Source of the DNA: Anthoceros angustus
Lineage: Eukaryota; Plantae; Anthocerotophyta
NCBI GenBank assembly: GCA_010909165.1
Contig: VJWM01000126.1
Location: 744,001-808,000 of the forward strand
DNA: 64,000 bases
Direction: 5' to 3'
Shown here piece by piece: positions 24,307 to 38,648 of this stretch. The translations under genes and the position numbers were made by a program. Position 1 is the stretch's first letter. The number at the start of each line of letters is the position of its first letter. A model generated the notes under the pieces. That model was given only the letters and a program-made list of their open reading frames with translations, ran no database searches and was not told the origin of the DNA.

Positions 24307-26735
24307 GTGCCCACATTGCCCATGTCACTATTTCATTATTTTCGTTGTGATGTAATATAAGGTCACCAAAATAAAAATAAGAATGTGATTCAACGTATGT
24401 TACTAATATGTCAAATTAGTACCAGAATCGCATTCTACAAATAATGCACGATTGAAATTCAATGGATACAATGAAATTGTTGCAGTAATGTAGCTTTATT
24501 GTTCAATTAATCATCGACTTTGATACTTCATTGTTTCGTTGTGATGCAATGTGATGACAACTTTTTTCAGAAAATTCTACATATGGGCTTCATTAAAACT
24601 ATGTTGATTCATTATGGGCTTCCATGAGCTTTCTCATCTATTATTGATTCTACACCTTCTTTTCTTTAATAGTCAGTATTGAAATCATATATGTTTGCAC
24701 AATCGTGGTTTGGCTAGCATAATCTCAAACTTAGAGGGTTTACGTTTCAGAGCTAAATCAATGTTGTTTCAATCCATTCTGATGGTACCTCGTTATTAGT
24801 ACTACTTTCTTGTTGAAAATGCGGCTGAAACAATGTTGAATAAATTTGGTAGTGGTGTTAGTAATAATCATTGAAACAGAACTTATTCCAAGCATCCAAT
24901 TTGAATTGGTGTTTGCCTTGTGTAGACCAATACTGCTAAAGGTCTTGGTGTGTCCTTCACAAACATTGTAGATGCGTCTTCTAGCCTAATCCCGTGTTTT
25001 GGCCATAAGCATGTCAAAGAGGATGGTAGCCATAACAGCACACAGAATGCAATTCAAGTCCTCTTTGTCCTCTTTGTCGGGTTCAATAACAGCGATACAC
25101 ACTCTACAAGCTGGTTAAGACAACAGCACCAAAAAACAAGCTCTTTAACACATTGCCCATCGCGGACTTGACCACATAATGCAATGCTGCTCATGACCAC
25201 ATGTTAATGTGGCTATATGTGGTGTCTACAGTTGTCACGACCAAAAAAATTAGGATGGAATAATTACACATGTGTTGCAAAATGTGTTGTAACTATGTTG
25301 CAAGCATGATTGAGAATACGAGAATACTCACCTGGCTCCCTGAGAATGTACATGAGAATGCTTGTGAGAATAATATACATGCACAATTATAATTGGATAC
25401 AACTTCATGACATGTAAACCTTCAGAGGTTGATCTGGATATAAAATCCTTTGATCTATAACCATCAAACATAATGAAGAGTGAAATTTCATAATAACCAA
25501 TGAAGAATCATGCTTTCATGTAATTGTGCAACATGAGCATTATGAGAAGTGTCACACGAGGTAAGCACTTGAATTCAAATAAGCACTTCCTCAACAAACA
25601 ACTAGGCAAAACAAATCTAATATGCAAGGATAGGTACAAACTAATAACAATAGGAGGGAGTAGCTCACGCGTCGTAGCACAACACACTCTCCCCACGAGA
25701 ACAATACGCAAATTCCTCACACATCGCTCTTGAAGTCATAGCACTGCACACCGCTAGTGCGAAGGAGCACGTGTACTTAGTTTGGGTCCTACCATTGTGA
25801 TGCCATGTGGCGGGGTTTATAACGCGAAATTGTTATATGTGCCCATGGCGCACCTTCATTTATTGTACACAGTTAATGGCTGAGTTACGTCCGCTTTGAA
25901 AAAAGCTTCAATGTCGTGTGTTTCATTATATAAATTGAGAGAGCCGTGGTTCACTAAAGAGTACTCCAACATGTTTCTAAGAGTACTACCCAAGACAAGT
26001 CGCCATACAGGCCATACACTAGGATGCTCCAAGACATGTAACGGCAGCTGTATTTAACAAAGGTCAGTGAAGCCCATGATATATTCACAACATGATTGCA
26101 GGAATCTTTCGACTACAAGATTATCCATTTAGAACACTTTATGGCAGAAGGTTGTCACATAGTGCCAATGTTCTGACACACTTCCCCTCCCGGCTTAAGT
26201 GCACAGTCAAAGCCCTGCCGGTACATTAAGCATTGCGGCTAGCCCCCAAAATTAGACAGTATAACATGACAATAAAGTAGAGCCAACATGAGTTTTTTCT
26301 TCTCACCAACTATGGGCATTTAGTGCCTAGAGTTGATGTCCGAGACGGACTACATGGTATGGGTGGGGTGTGTAATTCACAGTATCTAGGTTGGCGCTTA
26401 CGTGTAGGATATCTACGCTTGGGAGCAGGCATAGGCTTAGGAGGGGATGGGGGAGCCTAAGGTGCCTCAGGTAAATCATGTGTACCGGAAAATCGAAGTC
26501 ACCTAGTTCCACTAGCTAGTGCTCTGGTATTGCGTCGTGGTCTAATCTCCATGTCCCCCGCTCGAGCAAGAACATGTGGCACAAGTGGTGGCCGCTTCGG
26601 AGAAAAAGGGCCAACAACGGGCGGCACTAGACCTGGTAGAGGGATAGGAGCCACAGGAGGAGCAGGAAACGTAAAAGGCTGAATAAGGTGCAAGTGGAGG
26701 TTGATAATAGGGGGGCCTTGGTGGGTGACAGAAGC

Positions 26736-26844
26736 ATAAGGAGACCATTGTATAGGGAGACCAGCCACGTCTTCGTTTAAGACGAACGATAAGGAGACCA
26801 TTGTATAGGGGAGACCAGCCACGTCTTCGTTTAAGACGAACGAT
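26736..26844. repeat. ~53-bp tandem duplication containing a small hairpin (cgtcttcgtttaagacg)
   Basis: ataaggagaccattgtatagg(gg)gagaccagccacgtcttcgtttaagacgaacgat occurs twice. Confidence 0.85.
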
Positions 26845-27630
26845 TGTCAATCACTTGCCTCTCTTGTTTTCACTATTATGGTCTTTTACAATTAGGTTGG
26901 GTTACTATAGCCCGACCTCAATTCTCAGAGGGCACCCTAGTTTCCCTAAGGGGAGACCTGAATTGTGTAACAGATCTCTTTATCAATCAATCAATCAAAT
27001 CAAATCAAATTGCAATTGCGAGGACTTTGATAAATTGGTTGAATTGGTTTTTGCATCCAAGCATTTGCATGGCATTTGTGCATCGGTGAGTGCATGTGGA
27101 ATGGCCGTGGTCAACCCACTGACTAATAACCCGCTAATTGTGTGTAACACCCCATCGAAAATGCTCTCGCATTGTGTGAGCAGTTTGTGCTTCGATCGGG
27201 ATCAGAAGAGTCTTTAACACCCACCAATGGAGAAGCCATGTGTCCATCAGTCTCCTCGCTTTTTCTCAGATTTTTTGGGGCAGCGATGCGGATAGGAAAA
27301 ATGAAATAGTGACGTCAATGAATTTTTAGGAAAATAGCCCCAGGATACCCCCGTCCATTCCATTGAATACAATGACTCTCGCGCTTATGAACTTACACTA
27401 GGGAGTCCCACGACGAGAAAAAGAAAATTGTGCAATGATCCTACGCAATATAATCTACATTGCATATGGTAGTGGAGAATGTAGAATCTATGTAATGCAG
27501 CCATGATCTGGAGTGTCATTGTATGTTATAAACGAGGTAATTTTGGGGTTGATGAGCTTGAAAATGTGACGTTCCTTAACACGATATATACATAATAATT
27601 GCGGATTATTCTCCAAAACAAAATAATTGC

Positions 27631-27703
27631 GGATGATACACGATGTTCACCCATCGCCCCCACTAAAATTGGCATGGCGAGTCGAACCCGTAGTCAAGAC
27701 TTG
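27631..27703. repeat. Solo single-unit relative of the 18.6-kb minisatellite locus
   Basis: ggatgatac...cactaaaattggcatggcgagtcgaacc.gtagtcaagacttg matches both flanks of the array (18542-18575 and 19104-19116) but has only one unit between them. Confidence 0.7.
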
Positions 27704-28340
27704 GGTGACAAATCGCACTCTGCTGGGGGTTGAGCGCAGCACAGATTCTGAATCTGTCACGGCTCGGCTGCCGGTGCCGGACTCGCCTGGATGGTGTGTC
27801 GATGATGTGAGAGTCGAGAAGACCCGAATTGCAGCGATTTCTGATATTCGGGCTCCAGGCATGCGAGCATCCGGGCCATGCGTCATCCGTGTCCGTCGGG
27901 AGCGGGAGCCGGGGGAGATGGCAAGCTCTGCCTCCTTCTTGCGTGCCAAGCAAGCGAGCAGCAATTCGGACCGTCCCTGATGCGAACCGGGCGCTGAAGG
28001 GGAGTGCCAATTTTCGGGCCACGCAATTTGGAGAGCGGGCGGGAAATTCCGACCCAGATCTGTGCGAGGGATGCAGCAGGGGCAGCTAGGACGGCAGGGG
28101 ATGCAGTCGGGGGAGCTGGATGGTGGCGCAGCGGAGGCCAGGGGGGCAGGGCAGGAGTGAGGCGAGCGCGGGGAGGGTGGGGAGTAGAGTTAGGAATTGG
28201 AGGCAGAGTGGGGCTGCAAGGCGGAAGCGCTGGGGGCGAATCAGTCAGGGGGCCGCCCTGCCGCGGCGCGCAAGGCCTGGAGCTGGTGGGTACTCCACGC
28301 GGATGTCCGCCCTGCCACCCGCCCCGCCCTTCTGCCAGCC

Positions 28341-31300
28341 ATGGATTTCCACACCCGGCCTTCCAATGCCCCGGATCCCCACGAGTCGGCTGTTCCTGAG
28401 GAACCGGAGTATCTGGCCCGGTACATGGTTACCAAGCACTCGTGGCGGGGGAAGTATAAGCGGATCCTGTGCATCTCGGGCGCGCAGATCGTGACGCTGG
28501 ACCCGGCCACCTTGATGCCCACCAACACGTATGATGTGGCGACGGATTTCGAGGGTGCGGCCCCCGTGCCCGGCCGGGACGACTCGGCGCAGCAGCAGCA
28601 GCAGCAGGCCCTTGAGTTCACCATCAGTCTTAGGACCGAAGGCCGGGGGAAGTTCAAGGCCATCAGATTCTCGTCCAGGTCGTGTGTTGGGCTAGGTTTT
28701 GGTGATGGGCATTTTGTCGGAGTTGGGGGGATTGTGGGTCTGAGGTAAGGGGGTCTTGTTTTTCCATGGGGTGGATGGCAGGTATCGAGTGGCGATCTTG
28801 ACCGAGCTGCTGAAGTTACGGCTGAGTAGGAGCTCTGGTCCTTCTACTTCCTCTGCTGTGGTTGTTGCTGAATTTCCTGTTCAGCATCTGCAACGGCGTT
28901 CTGCGAATTTGGCTCCTGTTGTAAGTTGGCTCTCGTGCTGAGTTATTGTGGGTGGATCGTGTGGGAGTACGTGGGGTGGGGTCCTTAGAGTTCGTTGCGT
29001 TGGTCTGGTTGTGCAGATTCTTCGGGTGACTGCTGTGGGAGTGGAGGTCAGGCAGTCGAAACAGTCTGATCTTCATTGGTGCCTTGATTTTCGAGATATG
29101 GATGCACCTGGCATTATCATGCTTTCAGATCCCTCTGGCAGGAAGGGTTCAGAAGGAGGGGGCTTTGTGCTCTGTCCTCTGTTTGGGCGGAAAGGCAAAG
29201 CTTTCATCGCCACTCCTGGGGGTTCGAATGCCAACATTGTGTCCAGACTGGTAGGTTGTGCTTGGCTCAGTTATACATTTTCCTTTGTGGAGCACAAGTG
29301 TTGATGATTTGACATGTTCTCTTGTTGCCGCAAGGACCCGATTGCCTGTTAACGGTGCCATGTGATACTGTCAGACACACATGGCCAGAGCCTATGTAGG
29401 AGTCACCATCAGTGTTGACAATTCACAAGCAATAGGCGCTTCGGAGTTTCTCAAGCGCAGGGGTCAGTACATGTTCGGCTCGTTTCATGTGGAGCTGCTA
29501 CCGGTGTTGGTCAATATCCTCAGTTGAGGAGGGGGAATGGCTGTTGTAACCCAACACTCTATGTGTTTGTTGTGTCACAGCTGTGGCAGGTGTTGGTGCG
29601 GAGGAAACACCGGTTGGCGAGTGGTCAGTGACAAGGTTGCGGACAGCTGGGCATGGGACTGCATCTCATGTGGGGTTGTCATTAGGGCTGGTGGGGCCTG
29701 GTGGTGGGCTAGGTGAGAAAGGTGACACGGTCCTTAGACAGCTGGTTCTAACAAGGAGCTCATTGGTGGAAAGACGACCAGACAATTATGAGGTGAGTTA
29801 AAGAGTGAACTCTATATCAGTCTTTCTTTTGCCTTGAAGTTTGCTGGGCTGCTACAAAATGCTGCGGATTTTAATATGCATTGGCTCTGGCACCTGTCTA
29901 TTTGCAACTGTGGTTAGAACCTTCCAATCAAATAGACAAGGTTTTGTAAAAGGCTTTGTTGGCTATGAATATTGATGCGCACTATTGCATCTTAACAGGG
30001 CGCTTTTATTTCTGCAACTGCAGGCGGTAATTGTCCGGCCATTGTTTGCTGTGGCTGGCTTGGTTCGGTTTGGTGAGGAGCCACAGATGTTTGCTGTCGA
30101 ATTCAATGATGGCTGTCCTATGCATGTAAGATCCCTGAATGTGATGCTTGAGCACCAATTGGATCAGTTTACAGCACAAGACCCTGGTGCCATTTTGACT
30201 TAAGCTGTCAGTTGTGTTATGCAGGTGTACACCAGTACTGCACGTGACAGTCTCCTGGCAGCTGTTCGAGATACAGTGCAGTCAGAGGTACTAGAATTTA
30301 TTATCTTGATAAGTCAATTCATCTCTTTCTCTGTGCTTTCTGGATGCACATTGTTTTGCTGCTACATGGTCTGCATCTGTGCAACTGGATGTGTTTTTGT
30401 ATCAAATTGCAGGGTCAGCGTCCTATACCTGTGCTGCCTAGGGTGACCTTCCCAGGTCATAGGCTAGATCCTCCATGTGGGAGAATCTCTCCAGCACCTA
30501 CCCCAGTAGCCCATACGGGCCCACATCGGCTCTTTGCAGACGTGGAAGGTGAAGCTTTACATTTGAAACACCTCGCATTGGCTGCAAAAGATGCAGTTGC
30601 TGAGAATGGATCTGTTCCTGGTTCAAAAGCAAAGCTCTGGCGCAGGGTTCGGGAGTTCAATGCCTGTGTTCCATACAGTGGTGTTCAATCCACAGCAGAC
30701 GTGCCTGATGTAACCTTGCTGGCTTTGCTCTCCATGCTACCAGCTCCCCCCAACCTACCACCAGAAGCACCTCCTCCTCCTCCTCCATCCCCCAAGGCTG
30801 CTGCAACTGTTGCAGGGCTAGTTTCTTGCCTGAGGCGTTTGTTGGGCTCACATTCTGCTGCTTGCTTCGTGGTTGCCATGCCGGTTGCCGTGCTGAGGAT
30901 CATAGGATTGGTCAGGAATGGGTCAGAGGGTGTGAGTGCAGAGGCTGCGAGTCTGCTGGCAATGCTTATTGGTGGTGGTCCGGGGGAGAGCAATATGTCC
31001 CTGAATTCCAAGGGGGAAAGACATGCTGCCATCATGCAGGCAAAGTCTGCTATGCTGGGGCATCAGTCACATATCACCGTGCTTGTCAATAGGCTGGTAC
31101 CCATGACGGTTTCGCCTCTGCTTTCTATGGCTGTGGTTGAAGTTCTCGAGGCAATGCTCTGTGAACCTCAAAGTGAGACCACAGATTATTCAACATTTGT
31201 AGAGATGCTGAGACAAGTTGCAGGTTTGAAAAGACGGTTATTTGCTCTGTTTGCTCACCCTGCAGAAAGTGTCAGGGAGACAGTTGCAGTGGTCATGCGT

Positions 31301-34300
31301 ACTATTGCAGAGGAGGATGCTATTGCAGCAGAGTCCATGCGAGATGCTGCACTACGGGATGGTGCCCTGCTACGGCATCTGGTTCATGCATTCTTCCTAG
31401 GTCCGGGTGAACGGCGGGATGTAAGCCGGCAGCTTGTTGCTTTGTGGGCAGATGCTCATCAGCCTGCACTGGATCTTCTTTCAAGGGTCTTGCCACCTGG
31501 ACTGGTTGCATATCTTCACACTCGTGCTTCTGAGGAGGACGAGGATGAAACCCTGGTGCAGGCATCGTCAGGCACTTTTGCTGCCCGGCGAAAGCAGAGA
31601 CGCATCTTACAAAGGCGACGTGGACGTGGGTTTAGACTGAAGACCCAATCTACTGGAAGTACGGAGAGCCCGTCTGATCAAATCACAGCTGCTGCAAATG
31701 GCAATGCACAAGCAGGACACCTCACCCAGCCTATTGCCACAGTTCCTGCGTCTTTTAGCGCTCCCAATTCCCAGGAAAACGTTTCAATGACAGATAGTGC
31801 ACCAAGCTCAGCCCCCAACCAGTTTTTTAATGTGCCAATTGCACCTGGGGACACTGAAATACCCGGCAATTCTGCACTTCAACCAATATTTCCTGCCCCT
31901 GCACAGGTCATAGCCGAGAATGTGGCAGTGGGGCTTGGGCGGCTTATTTGTAATTGGCCAGAATTTTGGCGAGCGTTCGCTCTGGATCATAGTCGTGCTG
32001 ATTTAATCTGGAATGAGAGGACACGACAAGAACTTCGAGAAGCCCTACAAGCTGAGGTACATCATCTGGATGTGGAGAAGGAGCGGACAGCAGATGTCCG
32101 AATACTAGGTGAGGATGGAGAGAGTGAAGAAACATCCAATCAGCTTTCCTGGAACTATGCTGAATATGCTGTACGATATCCAAGTCTTTCCAAAGAAGTC
32201 TGTGTGGGAGAGTATTATCTTAGACTCCTCCTTGATGGTGGGGGGAGTACATCCAGTCGAGCTCAGGATTTCCCGCTAAGAGACCCTGTTCTATTTTTTA
32301 GGGCATTGTATCATCGCTTCTTGTGCGATGCAGACATTGGTCTCACTGTTGAAGGCGCGGATGGTGAAGACTTAGGAGCCTCTGGAGACTGGTGTGACAT
32401 GGGAGGGCTAGATGGTTTTGGTGGTGGTGGTGGATCTTCTGTGAGAGAGCTTTGTGCTAGAGCAATGGCGATTGTGTATATGCAGCACTATCAGGCCATT
32501 GGGGCATTTGATGGAACTGCACATATTACTGTACTCATAGATCGCACCAATGACAGGGCACTACGGCACAGATTATTGCTTCTTTTAAAGGTATGTTGCT
32601 AGTACCTCCCTGATTCTCTTGAACAAAACTGTGGATCTATTTGCTAGAAACGTTATGGCCTCTTGACTTATTGCTAATATTGTGTTGACTCATGCAGGTG
32701 CTCATGCTTGTTCCTGCCAATGCTGAGTCTTGTGTGGCAGTTGGTGGCTGCTCTTTAGCAGTAGATCTTCTCACAACCGCCCACGAAGCTTCAGAGCGAA
32801 CAGTGGTGCCTTTGCAATCAAACATGATCGCGGCCTCTGCATTTGTTGAACCCCAAAAGGAGTGGTTTTATGTCAACAAGGACGGGGATGAAGTTGGACC
32901 TTTGGAGAAAGATGCAATGAGGCGAGCTTGGTCCAAACACGAGATTGATTGGAATTCTAAATGTAGGGCGGCAGGCGTGACCGATTGGAAAAGACTGAGG
33001 GATATTCGAGAACTGCGGTGGGCTCTGGCAACAAGAGTAGCTGTTTTGACACCTGTCCAGGTATTCATTGGGTTGGTTAGTTGTTGAGTAACTGATTCAG
33101 ATCAACAGTTTCCGCATGCGCTGAACAGGTAGTATCTTCACTATCTTGTAGGTCGGAGAGGTTGCTTTGTCTATTTTGCACAGCATGGTGGCTGTTCACT
33201 CGGATCTGGATGATGCTGGGGAGCTTGTGACACCAACTCCAAAAGTCAAGCGCATTCTTTCCAGCTCAAGCTGCCTCCCTCACGTGGCTCAGGTATGGAC
33301 CCCTCTATCAGTCTTGTCAATGTGCGGACGCTTGACTTTATGGGTTGTTATCTTGAGTACTGAGAACTAGTGTTGGCAGGCGGTTTTAACAGGAGAACCT
33401 GCCATTGTTGAAGGCGCCTCTTCATTGTTGAAAGCAATAGTTACACGTAACCCGAAAGGGATGGCAAGGCTATACAGCACTGGTGTTTTCTATTTTGCCT
33501 TAGCATATGGTGGTTCAAACCTTGCTTCTGTTGCAAGTCTCTTTGCTGCTACTCATGCACGCCAAGCATTTCATGGTGGTGCTGAAGCTGCTGTGTCTTC
33601 TTCTCTTCCCCTGGCAAAACGAAGTGTACTTGGGGGCCTTTTGCCTGAATCACTTCTCTATGTATTGGAAAGGGGTGGGTCTGCTGCTTTTGCAACTGCC
33701 ATGATAGCTGATTCAGACACTCCAGAGATTGTTTGGACACACAAGATGCGAGGCGATCGATTGATAGATCAGGTACATGCTGTGGATGCTTTCAAGTGGT
33801 ACAATCTGAGGTTCCCAGTTCGTGCTGCTCATACTCTGGTGATGTCATTTGGTTGTTCTAGGTGCTGAAGCACCTGGGAGATTTTCCTCAAAAGCTTGCA
33901 CAACACTGTCACAGCTTGTATGACTATGCACCAATGCCCCCCGTGACTTACCCAGAGCTTCAAGATGAGATGTGGTGCCACCGGTACTATCTTCGAAATT
34001 TATGTGACGAGATTAGGTTTCCTGATTGGCCAATTGTGGAGCATGTTGAGTTTCTCCAGTCTCTACTTGCTATGTGGCGTGAGGAGTTAACAAGGAGGCC
34101 CCTAGACCTATCGGAAGAAGATGCATGCTCCATACTGGAAATCTCCCTGGACGAAGGTCCGCCTCAGGGTGAAGCCATGGTTCTGAATGGCAAAGGCCAA
34201 GCAGAAGGTGAGGAGGAGGTTAGAGTAGTGAGCAAAATATTTGGGCGTGTTGATGAAGAGGTCCTCAAGAGACAGTACCGGAAGCTGGCTATGAAATATC

Positions 34301-37300
34301 ATCCAGACAAGAATCCAGAAGGACGAGAAAAGTTTGTGGCCGTCCAAAAGGCTTATGAGCGTCTTCAGGTATCCATGGAACCTGAGCTTTGCTGGTGTTG
34401 CTATGGGGAATGAATTTGTACCCTCAATCTGTATGAAGAAAGATGTATGTTCGCCTCCAATTGACAGCACTATTACATTGCTTCATCCCCATTGTTCATC
34501 CTTGTCTTGTGCTGAGTTGGGACACCTGCATGCAGGCAACTCTTCAAGGTCTGCAAGGTCCTCAGCCCTGGAGATTGCAGCTGTTGCTTAAAGGCCAGTG
34601 CATCCTTTTCCGACGATATGGGGCTGTTCTTGAGCCTTTCAAGTATGCTGGCTACCCGATGTTGCTGAATGCAATCACTGTTGACCCTGAAGATAACAAC
34701 TTTCTCTCCCCCGAACGTGCACCACTTCTGGAGGCAGCCTCAGAGCTCATATGGCAAACGTAAGTTTTTGATAGCAGAAGGGGAAGAACGTTTTTGTAAC
34801 CATCGTATTCCATCTTTCTTGTACCTGCATCTTTTGCTTGGATTGCCAGTTAACATGTATTTTCAAAGCAGGTGTGTCTCATCTGCTCTCAATGGTGAAG
34901 AACTCGTAAGAGATGGAGGGGTTTCATTGCTGGCAACACTGTTGTCCCGTTGTATGTATGTTGTACAACGTGGTACACCGGCAAGTGATCCTGCAGCAGT
35001 GATCGTCACAAATGTAATGCGCACATTTGCAGGGTTAAGCACTTTCGAAAGTGCTAGGAAGGAGATGCTTAAGTGCCCTGGGTTTGTTGTCGATGTTGTT
35101 CACTGTTCGGAGCTTGAGCTTGCAACAGTAGCAGTGGATGCTGCCCTGCAGACAATTGGCCAGCTTGCTGCGTCGCCTGAATTGCAAGGCTGGTTGCTTC
35201 GGGCAGGTGTTATGTGGTATGTGTAACTGATCTTCCTGAGCAATGTAGTTATATAGTTACAGTTGCTGAGCAATATGTGTTGCCGCTGAGGGATCCTGGT
35301 TCCATTTCATCTTGGGGCTTGTTTGCGTTTCAGGTACCTTCTGCCTTTGCTCTTACAGTATGACGCTACAGCAGAAAGCGCGGAAACAACAAACCAGCCT
35401 GGCATGGGAAACAACGTTCAAAGTGCCAAAAATATGCATGCAATGTTGTCAGTTCGGGCTCTGGCAAGACTTGGTGGGTTCCTGAGTGGTGAGCTAGCTA
35501 CGCCACAAAATCCAGTGGCTGCTACTGCACTAAAATCTCTTCTAACTCCCAAGCTAGCAGACATGCTTGGTGATAAGTCTCCCAGGGAGCTACTTCGAAA
35601 TCTGAACTCAAATTTGGAGTCACCCCAGGTAAGGGTGCAATATATTAGCGTCTAAGATCATAACCAATGTGGTAGGGCCGTGATTGTAATGAGCTCATTT
35701 CTTCTTCTTCTTCTTTTATCATATTGGCAGGTTATCTGGAATTCTGCCACCCGTGGTGAACTCCTTAAGTTTGTGGATCAGCAACGTGTGTCACAGCTAG
35801 CAGATGGGTCTTACGATATGGATCTTGCACAGCAATTTAAGTACAAGACCCTATCAGATGAATTGCATGTGGGGGATGTTTATTTGCGTGTGTACAACGA
35901 GCAGCCAGATTTTGAAATAAGCCACCCTGACATCTTCTGTGATGCCCTACTGGACTTTATAAGTGAGATTGTAGAAGAGAGGAAAAAACGACTCAGTTCA
36001 GAGGGTAGTGAACACGGGGCAGAAGCAGGAGAAGAAGCTTCAGAGTCACCTGCAGGTGGCCCAGTTACTGATAGCTTAGGCCAAGAAATCTTAGCGTCTG
36101 AGGAGAACCTTACTGGCAGTCCTGTTAATGTCTCTGATGATCAAGCTACAGGCCTGGACCTGGAGGCAGAGATCCTTGTGAAGCACCTTGTGATGGCTTT
36201 GACATCACTCCTGGTTCGTATCTCTTCTCTGTGTGTGTGTTTTTCGCTTTTATGACTGGCAAATACTTCATGCTAATGTGAACATGTGGTCTGCAGAATA
36301 TCCTCACTGCCTACCCTGATCTTTCATCCACCTTTTCATCCAAGCACCAAATTGCTCCACTTCTAGGTTGCCTGGTTGATACTGGCGCAGCAAGTGGTGA
36401 TGTACCTCAGTTGTGCTTGAACGTCCTATCCCGACTCACCACACATGCCCCATGTGTGGAGGCCATGGTTGCTGACAGGTCGGGTCTGCTTCTGCTCTTG
36501 CAACTGCTTCATTGTGCCCCAACGTGCAGGCTTGGAGCATTGCGACTCTTGTATGCTCTGGCAAGTACATCAGAGCTGGCTTGGTCAGCAGCCAAGCATG
36601 GTGGGGTTGTGTACATTCTCCAACTTCTTCTGCCCGCACAAGGTCTGGTTTGTTTTGCTTTACTTCGCTAGCTGGAGTTTGTATGCTTTGGTCTTGTTAC
36701 AAGTCAGTGAAAGGCTTCCCGTTCTTATGCTTGCTTCATCATCTCGTGCAGAGGAAGTTCCCCTGCAACAAAGGGCTGCAGCTGCTTCACTGCTGGGGAA
36801 ACTGGTAGGACAGCCAATGCATGGACCACGTGTGGCCATCACGGTGGCCAGGTTCCTACCAGACGGACTTGTCTCTGCTATACGAGACGGTCCCGGGGAG
36901 GCAGTTGTTACAGCCCTTGAGTTAAGTACAGAGACACCTGAGCTTGTGTGGAGTCCAGCTATGGCAGCTTCTCTAGGGGCGCAATTGGCCACAATGGCTG
37001 CCGATTTGTACCGTGAACAAACAAAAGGGCGTGTGGTGGAATGGGACCTCCCAGAACACACGTCAGGGCAACAGGATATGCGTGATGAACCTCAGGTGAA
37101 TTGGTGCCTGCTTTATGCACAAGACGACTGGGCAACTTTTGTTAGTTTCTAGCTTAGCCTCCTTCCGCCAATAGTGTTCACTAGCTAAGTATTTTTCTCC
37201 TAGTATATCTGTCCTAACATTGGCTGTTGCTGCTACATTGTCCTGGTGCAGGTGGGTGGTGTATACGTTCGCCTCTTCCTCAAAGATCCAAAGTTCCCAC

Positions 37301-38648
37301 TCAGAAACCCTAAACGGTTTCTTGAAGGTCTTCTGGATCAATATGTTGCTGCAGCTGCTGCTACTCATGCCAAAGGAGCACAAGCCGCAGATCCGAAGTT
37401 GCCATTGCTTCTCTCAGCCGCACTCGTGTCTCTTTTAAGGGTGCAACCCATGCTGGCAGACCATGTTGGGCATTTAGGCTATGTTCCTAAGCTGGTATCG
37501 GCAATGGCAAATGAGGGCCGCATTGAAAGCTTAGCCCCTGGGGATGTGGCTCTGAAACCATCTAGTCCTACTGAGGGTCTGTGGGAACTTGAGGATGGAG
37601 ATGGTAGTGGAGGTGGCCAGACACCGCAGGAACAGGTACGGCATAGTTGCTTACGTGTTCTGCATCAACTTGCAGCCAGTACCCCCTGCGCTGAAGCCAT
37701 GGCAACACCGGGCATGGGCACACCACAGGTGAAAATCTTGAAGCGTTTTTCCTACAATCTTCTAGACGACTGAATAGCATGACTGACCAATACCAGGACT
37801 GACTTCTTCCCCTTCCACCTTTGGCTGCAGGTGGTGCCCTTACTCATGAAAGCCATAGGTTGGCACAGGGGAAGTGTGCTGGCATTAGAGACTCTGAAGC
37901 GTGTGGTAGTCGCCGGAAATCGAGCTCGTGATTCATTAGTGGCACAGGGCCTGAAGTAAGGCCTAGAAAAAGCTTGTTGAGCTCTTCAACATGCAACTCT
38001 CTGGGGTACTAACGGTGAGAAAACCCCTGCAACTGCAGGGTCGGCCTGGTACAAGTTCTTCTGGGGTTACTTGACTGGAGAGCCGGGGGCAAGAACGGGT
38101 TATGTGCCCAGATGAAGTGGAATGAATCAGAAGCAGCAATTGGTCGAGTACTGGCTGTGGAGGTACAAACTTTGAACTCACCTGTGATGTCTATTCAGAC
38201 ATCATCGATTCCAGCTGTTACTATTCCCTAAACCGTCTATCCACTTCAAGTGTCGACTGATCTTTATTTTTGTGAAGGTGCTACTTGCCTTCGCTGGAGA
38301 AGGCACACATTCTGCTAGAGTCCAGGACATCTTGAACTCATCAGACGTAAGCACCCGATCCTTCTTTCAGAACAGTCAGGATGTTCTTTCGACTCTATCC
38401 GTCTATATGTGTGAACAATCTCAAAGTGAATGCCAATTGTTCTGCAGGTTTGGGTGGCGTACAAAGATCAGAAACACGATCTCTTTTTGCCGTCCAACGC
38501 ACAATCTGCTGCAGCGGGAGTTGCAGGCCTTATAGAAGATTCAGCGGGAGTGACATACGCACTTCCTGCGCCGTCTGCTCGGTCAGCTCTAGTGAGAGTT
38601 TCCATGGCCAGTAGCTCAACGGAGGACCCCCGGCATGTTGATGAGTAA
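28341..38648 (+). CDS. GRV2: DnaJ homolog subfamily C GRV2/KAM2 (RME-8 orthologue), ~22 exons
   Basis: Motifs include EEPEYLARYMVTKHSWRGKYKRILCIS, IWN repeats (ADLIWNERTRQEL, IVWTHKMR, VIWNSATR, LVWSPAMA), a GYF_2-like EWFYVNKDGDEVGP, the J-domain LKRQYRKLAMKYHPDKNPEGREKF and the C-terminal VWVAYKDQKHDLFLP. Confidence 0.97.

Noticed and set aside
26160-26970. LTR retrotransposon remnant (minus-strand GGAGGGGAAG purine tract before TGTCAG; Pro-rich ORF)
   Set aside because: No second LTR, PBS or retroelement protein motif was found.
34369-34378. U12-type intron donor in GRV2 (gtatccat)
   Set aside because: It deviates from GTATCCTT and has no clear TCCTTAAC branch site, so I treated it as an ordinary U2 intron.
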